From Candidatus Latescibacterota bacterium (lineage in GTDB: Bacteria; Latescibacterota; UBA2968): 64,000 bases of DNA. Location of the stretch: assembly GCA_965116885.1 (NCBI GenBank), contig OZ220741.1, positions 774,881-838,880 on the forward strand, in the 5' to 3' direction. Positions 29,494-38,076 of this stretch are shown here, piece by piece. The stretch's first letter is position 1; the number at the start of each line of letters is the position of its first letter. The position numbers were made by a program, and so were the translations under genes. The notes beneath the pieces were generated by a model. That model saw only the letters and a program-made list of their open reading frames with translations, made no database searches and was not told the origin of the DNA.

Positions 29494-30264
29494 TCACATC
29501 ACCACTGGTTGCCGCCCGCCAATCGACGGCGGCTCCATAATCCGTCGCTGCTGATCTGTCACATTGGGATAATCGTCTGGATTGTAATAATTCTGTGCCC
29601 ACGCCGAATGTCCCGGACTGAATTTATACAGCAATGAACGGCGCTCGTGCTCGCCTTCCCAGGGCATTGTTCCGTGCACCAGAGCCTCTGTAAAAATGAT
29701 CATATCCCCAGCCTCTGCTTCGGGCTGATGTACATAGTGCGCTGGCCGCTCAAAATTGCGCACATCGTTGGGAATATTGACAAAATTGCTCTTATGCGAC
29801 CCGGGAACACAGGCAAAGCCGCCATCCCCTTTGCGCGCGGGCGCAAGATTATACGTAAACACCGTCAACCCATTGCGCATCACGCCATCATGGTATTTGT
29901 ACCAATGATCGCCCGGCACACCCGCCTGCAGTGATGGCCCACCGTGCAATCGCCCGCGTCTCGCGCCCTTCTTCATAAAAATAGAATAATCGTGATCCAC
30001 GCGAAACGTCGGCCCCAACAACTCAATCATATACGGCAACGCATTGGGATGATCGAACAACGCCTGCGTCTCTGGACCCCACATTGAAACGCGACTCGTG
30101 CGGCGGTGCCCATCTTTTTCGTCGTCAGGATCAGCCCATACCTCATCGGCCAACTTATTCAGCGCATCCACCTCATCTGCACTCAACACATCTTTAACAA
30201 CCAAAAACCCCTGCAAATCAAATCGAAACTTCTCTTCCGGTGTCATAATGGCCTCCGTTTCCAT
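29494..30264 (-). CDS. PhyH-family dioxygenase-like protein, HxG variant (RLHGGP)
   Basis: 256 aa; distal His in FTEALVHGT; no HxD/E found. Confidence 0.7.
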   Translation of the reverse strand: METEAIMTPEEKFRFDLQGFLVVKDVLSADEVDALNKLADEVWADPDDEKDGHRRTSRVSMWGPETQALFDHPNALPYMIELLGPTFRVDHDYSIFMKKGARRGRLHGGPSLQAGVPGDHWYKYHDGVMRNGLTVFTYNLAPARKGDGGFACVPGSHKSNFVNIPNDVRNFERPAHYVHQPEAEAGDMIIFTEALVHGTMPWEGEHERRSLLYKFSPGHSAWAQNYYNPDDYPNVTDQQRRIMEPPSIGGRQPVVM

Positions 30265-31061
30265 TACAGATTATCAACCGCATAAACCGCTTTCTCTATC
30301 TGTTCCTCTCCGACGGTTTTGACCTTCGCATCAGAACCGAGCAACAGGGCAATATCGCAAATATTATTTATATCTCGCGGAACACCATTGGACGCTTGAT
30401 AGAGCGCGTCGAGCGCGTCCTCGTCGAACAAGGATCGATCGGCTCCCGCTTTTTCCAGACGTGTTTGCACATAAGACAGGGTTTCTTCGCGCTTAAATGG
30501 TGCGAGGTGATATTGGCGTGCGACCTGTTGTCCCAATGGCTCAATGCCAGCGACCCGGTCCTTGAGACCTGTCTGTCCAATGAGGAGAAGAGTAAGAAAA
30601 AAACGCCCGTTGCGTTGAAAGCTGAACAGAGATTGCAACTCTTCAAATGTATTGTCGTCTGCTATTGCATCGGCATCATCGACAATGACAACCGTATATT
30701 TGCCCGCATTGGCACTTTTGACAGTCTGAACCTCAAGTGCGCGTTGCAATTTTCCATTCGATTGGTCCTCAACACCCAATTGCCCGAGCATATCTCGAAG
30801 AAAGTCTTCCGGCGCAAGACCGGGTCTATTCATAAGCGCGATTTTATACCTATCGGATGACAGTTCATGGATGAGCATGCGACTCACAACGGTTTTGCCA
30901 CAGCCCGCATCGCCCGTGAGTACGGCAGCCCCCATGCGAGTATTAATCGCGTAAAACATTTGCAACAGTGCTCTCTGGTGATCTGCTGAAGAATAAAAAA
31001 AACGCGGATCCGGCACACTTTCAAACGGCAATTCTGTCAGATTCCAATATTCCTGGTACAC
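30264..31061 (-). CDS. ExeA/GspA-like AAA+ ATPase (AAA_22 family)
   Basis: 265 aa; N-term YWNLTELPFESVPDPRFFYSSADHQRALLQMFYAINTRMGAAVLTGDAGCGKT matches ExeA-type pattern; stop overlaps PhyH start by 1 nt. Confidence 0.7.
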   Translation of the reverse strand: MYQEYWNLTELPFESVPDPRFFYSSADHQRALLQMFYAINTRMGAAVLTGDAGCGKTVVSRMLIHELSSDRYKIALMNRPGLAPEDFLRDMLGQLGVEDQSNGKLQRALEVQTVKSANAGKYTVVIVDDADAIADDNTFEELQSLFSFQRNGRFFLTLLLIGQTGLKDRVAGIEPLGQQVARQYHLAPFKREETLSYVQTRLEKAGADRSLFDEDALDALYQASNGVPRDINNICDIALLLGSDAKVKTVGEEQIEKAVYAVDNL

Positions 31062-31338
31062 GGTTTTAACCCTTTATTTTAAATCCGACCATGGTCTTTA
31101 CAGCCCAATCGGAGTCGTGGTTTAACGCTGCCCATTGCACCTATTTTGTCGCAATCCAATATAGTTACCTCAAACGGTCTGTGTCAAGTAATCGACAAAG
31201 CGATTTAAGGGCTTTCCCATGTTTTATACAACACGGAGACATTGGCACAAAATACTTTGACGGAACGTAACCAAACCCTATATTTTGCTGCACTGCGCTT
31301 GTGACATATCTGTTTTGACTCTCATTTTGGAGATCTGT

Positions 31339-32835
31339 ATGGCCTGGTGGCAATCCGTTTTGCTGGCCACTTACAGCCTGGTGTTTGCATTGCTGATGCT
31401 CGTAAGTCTGCATAGACACTTGATGGTACACCTCTATTACAAGCACCGTCGCAAACAACCCATTCCCCGCGGCACCTTTGATGAATTGCCCTTTGTGACA
31501 GTGCAATTGCCCGTATTTAATGAACGCTATGTGGTCGAACGATTGATTCGCGCGGTCGCCAAAATGGATTATCCAACCGACCGCCTCGAAATTCAGGTTT
31601 TAGATGACTCAACCGATGAAACAACCGCCATTGCCAGACAGTGCGTGGATGAACTTCGGCGTTCGGGACTGGATATCGCGCTGATACACCGCAACACGCG
31701 CACCGGGTATAAAGCCGGTGCTCTCGCAGAGGGATTGCGGGTTGCACGGGGTGAATTGATCGCAATTTTTGACGCCGATTTCCTGCCGCCACCAGACTTT
31801 TTGAACAAAACCATCCCGCACTTCGTCGAACCGCAGGTCGGCATGGTTCAGACGCGCTGGGGACATCTGAATCGGGACTATTCCATTTTGACACGCGTAC
31901 AGGCCATCTATCTCGACGGTCATTTTGTGATGGAACACGGTGCGCGAAGCCGCTCGGGCTTGTTCTTCAATTTTAACGGCACAGCGGGCGTCTGGCGCCG
32001 AGCCTGTATCGATGAAGCGGGCGGTTGGCAGCACGACACCCTGACCGAAGACCTCGATTTGAGCTACCGCGCGCAATTGGCGGGCTGGCGATTTGTCTAT
32101 CTTGAGAATACCGTAACACCGGCAGAAATCCCCGTGGAAGTAAATGCCTGGAAGTCACAGCAATTTCGGTGGGCAAAAGGCTCGGTTCAGACCGCAAAAA
32201 AAACACTAAAGACCCTGTTGAAAAGTCATCTCTCCTGGCGCGTGAAGGGCGAAGCCGCTTTTCATCTGGTAACCAATTTCGCATATTGTTTGATGGCAAT
32301 GATCGCCATTCTCATCTTTCCCGCAATTGTCCTGAGGGAAGACCTGGGATGGCTCCGGGTGGTAATAATCGATTTTCCCCTCTTTGTAGGCGCAACGGGC
32401 GTGATCTCCAGATACTATATCCACTCGCAGCGGGAAATATATTCGGATTGGAAATCGCGCATCCTGTATTTGCCATTTGTACTCGCCCTGGGCATGGGAA
32501 TTTCATTGAACAACGCGCGCGGAGTAATTCAGGCACTGCGAGGGCACGAGACTGCATTTAACCGCACCCCTAAGTATCGCGTTATCGGACGGAATGGAAG
32601 TTGGTATCGCAAAAATTACGCCCTGCGAAAAAACATGACGTCATTTTTGGAAATTGGACTCGGTTTTTATTTGCTGGCCGCTATGGCGTATTCGATTGCG
32701 AAAGGACTGTATTTCCCCGTACCATTCCTGGTTTTGTTTGCCTCTGGATTTTTTTATGTAGGGTGCCTGTCTTTGTTCCAGGGTACCTGGGCAAAGATGC
32801 ATTCGCAATCAATTGAAGTCGCGGAAGCAAACTAA
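31339..32835 (+). CDS. Processive family-2 glycosyltransferase (cellulose synthase/CslA-like) with N- and C-terminal TM helices
   Basis: LDDSTDET (DxD), FDADF, TED and QQFRW (QxxRW) motifs; start MAWWQ with GGAG RBS. Confidence 0.8.
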   Translation: MAWWQSVLLATYSLVFALLMLVSLHRHLMVHLYYKHRRKQPIPRGTFDELPFVTVQLPVFNERYVVERLIRAVAKMDYPTDRLEIQVLDDSTDETTAIARQCVDELRRSGLDIALIHRNTRTGYKAGALAEGLRVARGELIAIFDADFLPPPDFLNKTIPHFVEPQVGMVQTRWGHLNRDYSILTRVQAIYLDGHFVMEHGARSRSGLFFNFNGTAGVWRRACIDEAGGWQHDTLTEDLDLSYRAQLAGWRFVYLENTVTPAEIPVEVNAWKSQQFRWAKGSVQTAKKTLKTLLKSHLSWRVKGEAAFHLVTNFAYCLMAMIAILIFPAIVLREDLGWLRVVIIDFPLFVGATGVISRYYIHSQREIYSDWKSRILYLPFVLALGMGISLNNARGVIQALRGHETAFNRTPKYRVIGRNGSWYRKNYALRKNMTSFLEIGLGFYLLAAMAYSIAKGLYFPVPFLVLFASGFFYVGCLSLFQGTWAKMHSQSIEVAEAN

Positions 32836-32855
32836 AACAAAGGTGGAATAGGCAC

Positions 32856-33704
32856 ATGGCAATGCGACTCGACAATCCATATCTCTGGGCATATACCGCA
32901 GCCATTCTGTTGCACATTCTACTCCTGCTCCTGGAAAACCCGCTGTCTGCGATCATTGTGCCGCAACCAGAAAAAATACCCGTGTCACCGCCCCTGACAT
33001 TTGAATTTGTCGATGTGCCCCAAAATCGAGACGACGCCCCGCCTGAAGAAACCCCGTTGCTCGCAGAGCGCGATAACATCTCTCGCGATCAACAAATGGA
33101 CCCCTTGCCCGAAAGCCACTTGCCATATTCCGATGGCATATCGCGGGCAAAGAACATAGCGACGCCAGCGCAGGGAAAGTCGCGCAGTGAGACACAGAGT
33201 ACAGACCGCGCACCGGAAACCACCGACAATCCCTTTAGCTTTGTAGAGGTATTGCAGAAAAATCCCGAAGAAGCGCGAAAAGAGCGAGAACGCGCGGTGC
33301 TGGGTGGGGAACTGCCTCAAGTGCGTATAGATATGGACAACAGCAAAACCCGCGCACTCGAACGCGGGGGATTGCAACTGAGCACGTATGCCTGGGACTA
33401 TGCGCCCTATATGCAATATCTCAAGCGACATATTGACCGTCATATTTATCCACCCCGCGCATTCGAGTTGGGTATGATCGACGGCATGACCCAGGTAAAA
33501 TTTAGAATCTGGCGCGATGGTCGGCTTGAAGGTCCCGAACTGATCGACTATAAGGGCCATGGCTTGTTGCGCGATACGAGCCTGAAGGCTGTTGAACTCT
33601 CGGCACCATTCAAGGCATTACCGCCAGATTTCCCGGATGAGTACCTCGAAATTGTGGGGACTTTTGAGTATTTAATTTTTGGAAAAGGACAAAGGCGACA
33701 ATAA
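32856..33704 (+). CDS. TonB-family energy transducer (N-terminal TM, Pro/Glu-rich linker, TonB C-terminal domain)
   Basis: 282 aa; C-term YPPRAFELGMIDGMTQVKFRIWRDGRLEGPELID... Confidence 0.65.
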   Translation: MAMRLDNPYLWAYTAAILLHILLLLLENPLSAIIVPQPEKIPVSPPLTFEFVDVPQNRDDAPPEETPLLAERDNISRDQQMDPLPESHLPYSDGISRAKNIATPAQGKSRSETQSTDRAPETTDNPFSFVEVLQKNPEEARKERERAVLGGELPQVRIDMDNSKTRALERGGLQLSTYAWDYAPYMQYLKRHIDRHIYPPRAFELGMIDGMTQVKFRIWRDGRLEGPELIDYKGHGLLRDTSLKAVELSAPFKALPPDFPDEYLEIVGTFEYLIFGKGQRRQ

Positions 33705-33705
33705 T

Positions 33706-34329
33706 ATGGGCTGGGCACTATTTGAACAGGGTGGTCTCATGATGTATCCTCTGACTTTGTGCTCAGTACTGGCTTTGGGCATTGCAATTGAGCGCGGATT
33801 TGCACTGCGCCGTCGCGCCATCATCCGGCCCGAGATTGTCAGTGTAATCGACAATATTCAAGGATCCGAAGACATTGGATTGGCTTTGAACGTCTGCAGA
33901 CAACACAAAGGTCCTTTCTCTGCAGTGATGCGCGCGGGATTAGACAACCGACATTTGTCCTTAGAAGAGATCCGAGAAAGTATTCTGGATCAGGGCCGTC
34001 AAGAGATGGGGGTATTGCAGAAGGGACTGGTAGTTCTGGAAACCGTAGCGGGAGTTTCGCCGCTTTTGGGACTTTTGGGCACTGTTTTGGGCATGATTAA
34101 AGTTTTTCAACAGGTTTCAGAAGTGGGCGTAGGGCAGGCCAATCTCCTGGCAGGGGGTATTTCGGAAGCAATTCTAACGACTGCTGCCGGACTTTTTATT
34201 GCAATTCCATCACTTGTATTTTACAATCTATACAGCAGTCGGGCAGAAAGCCTGATTTTGGAAATTGAGAAATACGCCAACACCCTGCTAAAAAAACTCC
34301 GGGGATTTCAAGGATCCGAAGGTGGATAG
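33706..34329 (+). CDS. exbB: MotA/TolQ/ExbB proton channel protein
   Basis: 3 TM helices, ...GVSPLLGLLGTVLGMIKVFQ... signature; ATG overlaps TonB stop. Confidence 0.8.
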   Translation: MGWALFEQGGLMMYPLTLCSVLALGIAIERGFALRRRAIIRPEIVSVIDNIQGSEDIGLALNVCRQHKGPFSAVMRAGLDNRHLSLEEIRESILDQGRQEMGVLQKGLVVLETVAGVSPLLGLLGTVLGMIKVFQQVSEVGVGQANLLAGGISEAILTTAAGLFIAIPSLVFYNLYSSRAESLILEIEKYANTLLKKLRGFQGSEGG

Positions 34330-34331
34330 CG

Positions 34332-34739
34332 ATGCGATTGCAAATGCCCGGCAAACGCCGCCCGGCCATCAATGTGACCTCTTTGATCGACGTCCTGTTT
34401 TTATTGCTTACATTTTTTCTCGTAACCACGCAATTTGTCGATCAATCCGCGCTCAAAGTCGAACTGCCCGCCATGGCACACGCGGAAAAAACGCAGCACG
34501 CGAGGCGTTATATTCTCAACATATCGGCAGATGGTCAAATGGCATTGGATGGTCAGATCGTCGATCAAACGACATTGCGGGAATTATTAAAACAACACGC
34601 AGCGGCCATAGATGAAAGTGGGGGCCTGATTTTGCGGGCAGACCGCCAATTGCCTTATGGCGATGTGATGTCGATTCTGGACCTCGTCAGAGGTGTGGGA
34701 ATCAGACGGATTACCAATGCCACAGCGGAACCCGAATAG
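34332..34739 (+). CDS. exbD: ExbD/TolR biopolymer transport protein
   Basis: 135 aa; INVTSLIDVLFLLLTFFLVTTQF single TM; stop TAG lies inside the GACGAATA repeat. Confidence 0.8.
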   Translation: MRLQMPGKRRPAINVTSLIDVLFLLLTFFLVTTQFVDQSALKVELPAMAHAEKTQHARRYILNISADGQMALDGQIVDQTTLRELLKQHAAAIDESGGLILRADRQLPYGDVMSILDLVRGVGIRRITNATAEPE

Positions 34740-34850
34740 ACGAATAGACGGTGCGGGGTACAACTGGTCGTTTCCCAGACCAGTTCATAGACGAATAGAC
34801 GAACCCTGCCCTACCAGCCAACCGCTATCGTTGATTCGTTGATTCGTTGC
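34733..34850. repeat. Composite repeat element: (GACGAATA)n octamers flanking hairpin GGTACAACTGGTC-N9-GACCAGTTCATAG, then GAACCCTGCCCTACCAGCCAAC and inverted GATTCGTT copies
   Basis: About 85% identical to element at 53474-53650. Confidence 0.8.
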
Positions 34851-34861
34851 GAGGTAGGAAC

Positions 34862-35471
34862 AATGCGCGTTTCCAAATCGTCCAATTTTTCACATATTGA
34901 AGATATCCAAATCGTTGCCCGGGTCTTAGAAGGCAACACAGAGGCTTTCTCTGTGCTGGTACAGCGACACCATGAACGCGTGTACAATACAGTTTACAGC
35001 TTCATTGGCGATATCGACGAAGCCGACGATTTGGCGCAAGAAGCATTTCTCAAAGCATTTCGCGCTCTGAAACGATTTCGAGGACAATCGCTATTTTCAA
35101 CATGGGTACACCGCATCGCTGTCAATTGCTGCTTAGACCATCTCAAGTCCAGACATCGGCGCAGCTTTGTTTCTCTGGATGAACATCGAGAAAATTGGGA
35201 CGCACCGCGCATCTGGGTGGGCCAGCCCCCAAATGCAGATGTGCGCGTTGAACGGCGGGAACTTCAAGAAATTCTCGAACGCGCCCTGAATGATCTGTCG
35301 GAAGAATATCGCGTGACCTTTGTTTTGCGAGAAATTGAAGGCCTGGCCTATGAAGAAATTGCCGAAGTGCTCAAATGCTCGATAGGAACCGTGAAATCTC
35401 GCCTGTTTCGCGGACGGACAAAACTCCGCGAAATTTTGCAAGTACAATACGACAACTGGATTGAGGCGTAA
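34862..35471 (+). CDS. ECF (sigma-70 family, group 4) RNA polymerase sigma factor
   Basis: Region 2 (DDLAQEAFLKAFRAL) and region 4 HTH (YEEIAEVLKCSIGTVKSRLFRGR); RBS AGGTAGG. Confidence 0.85.
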
Positions 35472-35473
35472 AT

Positions 35474-35947
35474 ATGGACGCAGACAACACCGTTGACATC
35501 AACTGCGAATTGTTGTCGGCTTATCTCGACGATGCGCTTACAGAAGCAGAACGGACGAGAGTTGAGAAGCTATTGCGCGTGTCCGATAGTCTCAGGCGTG
35601 AACTGGCCGAGATGGTGCGAGTGCGACAACTTTTTGCGGCCTGGTCTCCACCTGCACCCGATCGTTTTTTTGTACGGCGTGTAGATATAAAAATCCGGGA
35701 AGAAATGGCGCAAATGAAGAACAGGTGGGGGTTTCAAAAATTCGCCACTGCCGCAATATTGCTGATTTCTATTGGCTCTCTGGCATTTTTAACCCAACGC
35801 CTGGACAGAACTGTTGAACCCGTCACGCTGGATGCTTTTTTGCAGAGTTCGCTCGACCGAGAGGTTCGAGAAGTTGTGAGTTTGACCGAAGATGATTTTT
35901 CCAAAGACCGCGTGCTCGACCTCGTCTTATCAGACAACGCGCGTTAG
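35474..35947 (+). CDS. Putative anti-sigma factor (N-terminal anti-sigma helix, single TM)
   Basis: 157 aa immediately after sigma gene; CELLSAYLDDALTEAER motif; central hydrophobic helix. Confidence 0.6.
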   Translation: MDADNTVDINCELLSAYLDDALTEAERTRVEKLLRVSDSLRRELAEMVRVRQLFAAWSPPAPDRFFVRRVDIKIREEMAQMKNRWGFQKFATAAILLISIGSLAFLTQRLDRTVEPVTLDAFLQSSLDREVREVVSLTEDDFSKDRVLDLVLSDNAR

Positions 35948-35959
35948 AAGGTTTTTATT

Positions 35960-36346
35960 ATGTTTATTTCGCGTTTCCGCTTTATATGCCTGATCGTTTT
36001 GTGTCTCTTACTTGGCGCGGTAATAGGGACTGTTTACGAAAGTCTCGCGTCTGGTGATTCTGGAAAGAGGCGAGTGCGCCTGTCTGAAATGGTGGCAAAG
36101 CTCGACCTGTCAGATGGTCAGAAAGCGCAACTGGACACAATCCTCGAACAAGGGCGCAAATGCATGGTCGATATCAACACGGCCTATCGCTCAGAGTTTG
36201 GAAAAGTGAGAAACATAACCCGCGCTCAAATACGGGAAATCTTGACGCCTGATCAGCGCAAAGAATTTGATGAAATGATGGCCGAACAAGAGGCTCTGCG
36301 GCATCATCAGCGCAAAAACAGGACCCCCGGCAATCAGGCCGAGTGA
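35960..36346 (+). CDS. Periplasmic Spy/CpxP-like (LTxxQ) stress protein
   Basis: 128 aa, signal/TM then LSDGQKAQLDTIL and LTPDQRKEFDEMM repeats. Confidence 0.6.
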   Translation: MFISRFRFICLIVLCLLLGAVIGTVYESLASGDSGKRRVRLSEMVAKLDLSDGQKAQLDTILEQGRKCMVDINTAYRSEFGKVRNITRAQIREILTPDQRKEFDEMMAEQEALRHHQRKNRTPGNQAE

Positions 36347-36416
36347 TAAAAAGAATTTTATGAAAAAATAAGTGAGTAATCGTTTACTTTCTTCAAAGAT
36401 TTGAGAGGACGGAAGA

Positions 36417-38072
36417 ATGATAAAAAAAATAGCTACTTGCCGATGGTTCATGCTGCTTTTTCTCGCGCTCTTTGCCTGTGGCGAAGAAGAAGCACAACAG
36501 GCAGAGGGACAAGGCGGACGTGCTGGACGCGGCGGACGTGCTGGACGCGGTGGTGGCGCTGCTGCGCCCGTCAAGGTCGAGACTGTACAGCGAGGAGACA
36601 TTTCTGCATATATTCTCAAAAATACGACACTCGAAGCCGAAAGATGGGTTGACGTTCGAGCGCGCAGAGCTGGGCAGGTCATCGCATTACTAAAAGAAGA
36701 AGGCGACCCCGTACGTGCGGGTACCATCCTGGCACGACTCGACGCCGACGCTGCTCAAATCAGCGTCTCGCAGCGAGAAATTTCGTATCGCGAAGCCAAA
36801 CAGCGGTATGAACGCGAAGATGCCTTATTTCAGCGCAATCTGGGTAGCAAACAGTCTTATGAAAATGCCAAGACCCAATTCGAATCGTCCAAAGCACAAC
36901 TCGAACAGGCCAAACTCGATTTGAGTTACACGGCAATTAGAGCACCCATTGAAGGCATTATGACGCTGAGAAATATTGAGGTCGGCAACATGGTCACCAA
37001 CAATCAGGTGGTCGCCTCTGTAGCCAAATTCGATCCCCTGCTTGCACGCATCCAGGTAACCGAAAAGGACTTTGGCAAAATCACCGTAGGGCAGACCGCG
37101 CGCATTACGGTTGAAGCCGCACCTGAAAGAGAATTTACGGGCACAGTCAAAATGATCAGCCCGGTGGTAGATCCCGAAAGCGGCACGGTTAAAGTAACCG
37201 TTGAGATACCTCGAACAGATGCAAGTCTGCTGCGCCCGGGAATGTTTGCCTCGGTTTATATTATCACGGAAACGCGAAGAAACACCCTGGTTATTCCCAA
37301 AAAAGCCCTCGTACTCGAAGGAGAAGGCAACCAGGTATTCACCTTTGAAACCGATCCCGAAAGCGGGCGCGGTCAGGCACAACGCAGGCGCATTGAAATC
37401 GGCTTTACAGACAGTGACCGTTTAGAGATTCTCACAGGTCTTTCCCAAGGAGAGCAAGTCATTACCGTAGGACAGGAAGGATTGCGGCCCGGTTCTTCCG
37501 TACGCCTCGTAGGCGAGGCAGCACCTCCCGCATTTGCCGGACGCGGTGGACAGGGACGCGCTGGACGTGGACAGATGGGACAAAGTGGACAGGGACGCGC
37601 TGGACGCGGACAGATGGGACAAGGTGGGCAGGGTAGGCAGGGGCGTGGACAGATGGGACAGGGCGAAGGACGCGCTGGACGCGGACAGATGGGACAAGGC
37701 GGGCAGGGTAGGCAGGGGCGCGGACAGATGGGGCAAGGCGGACAACGAGGTGGTGATGGACAGGGACGCGCTGGACGTGGGCAGATGGGGCAAGGTGGAC
37801 AACGAGGTGGTGATGGACAGGGACGCGCTGGACGCGGGCAGATGGGGCAAGGCGGACAACGAGGTGGCGGTTTTGCCGGTGGACAAGGCGGCGGTGATCC
37901 CACAGACCGCATAAAACGCATGATTGAGCGCTTCCCCGAAGTCAAAGCCGAATACGAAAAGCGCGTGAAAGACGACCCCGAACTCGCAACAAATATGGAA
38001 AAACTCCGCGCTTTTATAGCTGAGATGCAAGAAAAAGGATTGATACCAGCACGAGGCAGACGAGGTAATTAA
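36417..38072 (+). CDS. RND efflux membrane fusion protein (HlyD/AcrA family) lipoprotein with N-terminal GRAGRGG and about 110-aa C-terminal Gly/Gln/Arg/Met repeat extension
   Basis: Lipobox LALFAC; biotinyl-lipoyl/beta-barrel MFP core; repeats GRAGRGQMGQGGQ. Confidence 0.8.
   Translation: MIKKIATCRWFMLLFLALFACGEEEAQQAEGQGGRAGRGGRAGRGGGAAAPVKVETVQRGDISAYILKNTTLEAERWVDVRARRAGQVIALLKEEGDPVRAGTILARLDADAAQISVSQREISYREAKQRYEREDALFQRNLGSKQSYENAKTQFESSKAQLEQAKLDLSYTAIRAPIEGIMTLRNIEVGNMVTNNQVVASVAKFDPLLARIQVTEKDFGKITVGQTARITVEAAPEREFTGTVKMISPVVDPESGTVKVTVEIPRTDASLLRPGMFASVYIITETRRNTLVIPKKALVLEGEGNQVFTFETDPESGRGQAQRRRIEIGFTDSDRLEILTGLSQGEQVITVGQEGLRPGSSVRLVGEAAPPAFAGRGGQGRAGRGQMGQSGQGRAGRGQMGQGGQGRQGRGQMGQGEGRAGRGQMGQGGQGRQGRGQMGQGGQRGGDGQGRAGRGQMGQGGQRGGDGQGRAGRGQMGQGGQRGGGFAGGQGGGDPTDRIKRMIERFPEVKAEYEKRVKDDPELATNMEKLRAFIAEMQEKGLIPARGRRGN
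37541..37870. repeat. Imperfect tandem DNA repeats (about 39-66 bp units) encoding GQGRAGRGQMGQGGQ(RGGD) in the MFP gene
   Basis: GGACAGGGACGCGCTGGACG(T/C)GG(A/G)CAGATGGG(A/G)CAAGG(T/C)GG repeated 7 or more times. Confidence 0.85.
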
Positions 38073-38076
38073 ACCT

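Noticed and set aside
31165-31506. 113-aa minus-strand ORF in the divergent promoter region overlapping the GT2 start
   Set aside because: It overlaps the better-supported GT2 N-terminus, which has TM helices and an RBS. It has no homology signal and is likely spurious.
36401-36693. Short plus-strand ORFs (83 and 73 aa) overlapping the start of the membrane fusion protein gene in other frames
   Set aside because: They are frame-shifted overlaps of the GRAGRGG-encoding low-complexity DNA. The lipoprotein-signal ORF at 36417 is the coherent reading.
37373-37945. 190-aa minus-strand ORF rich in Pro/Cys (…CPPCPICPRPARPC… repeated)
   Set aside because: It is the antisense reading of the Gly/Gln/Arg tandem repeat inside the membrane fusion protein gene. 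The periodicity is inherited from the sense-strand repeat, and it has no independent RBS or context.
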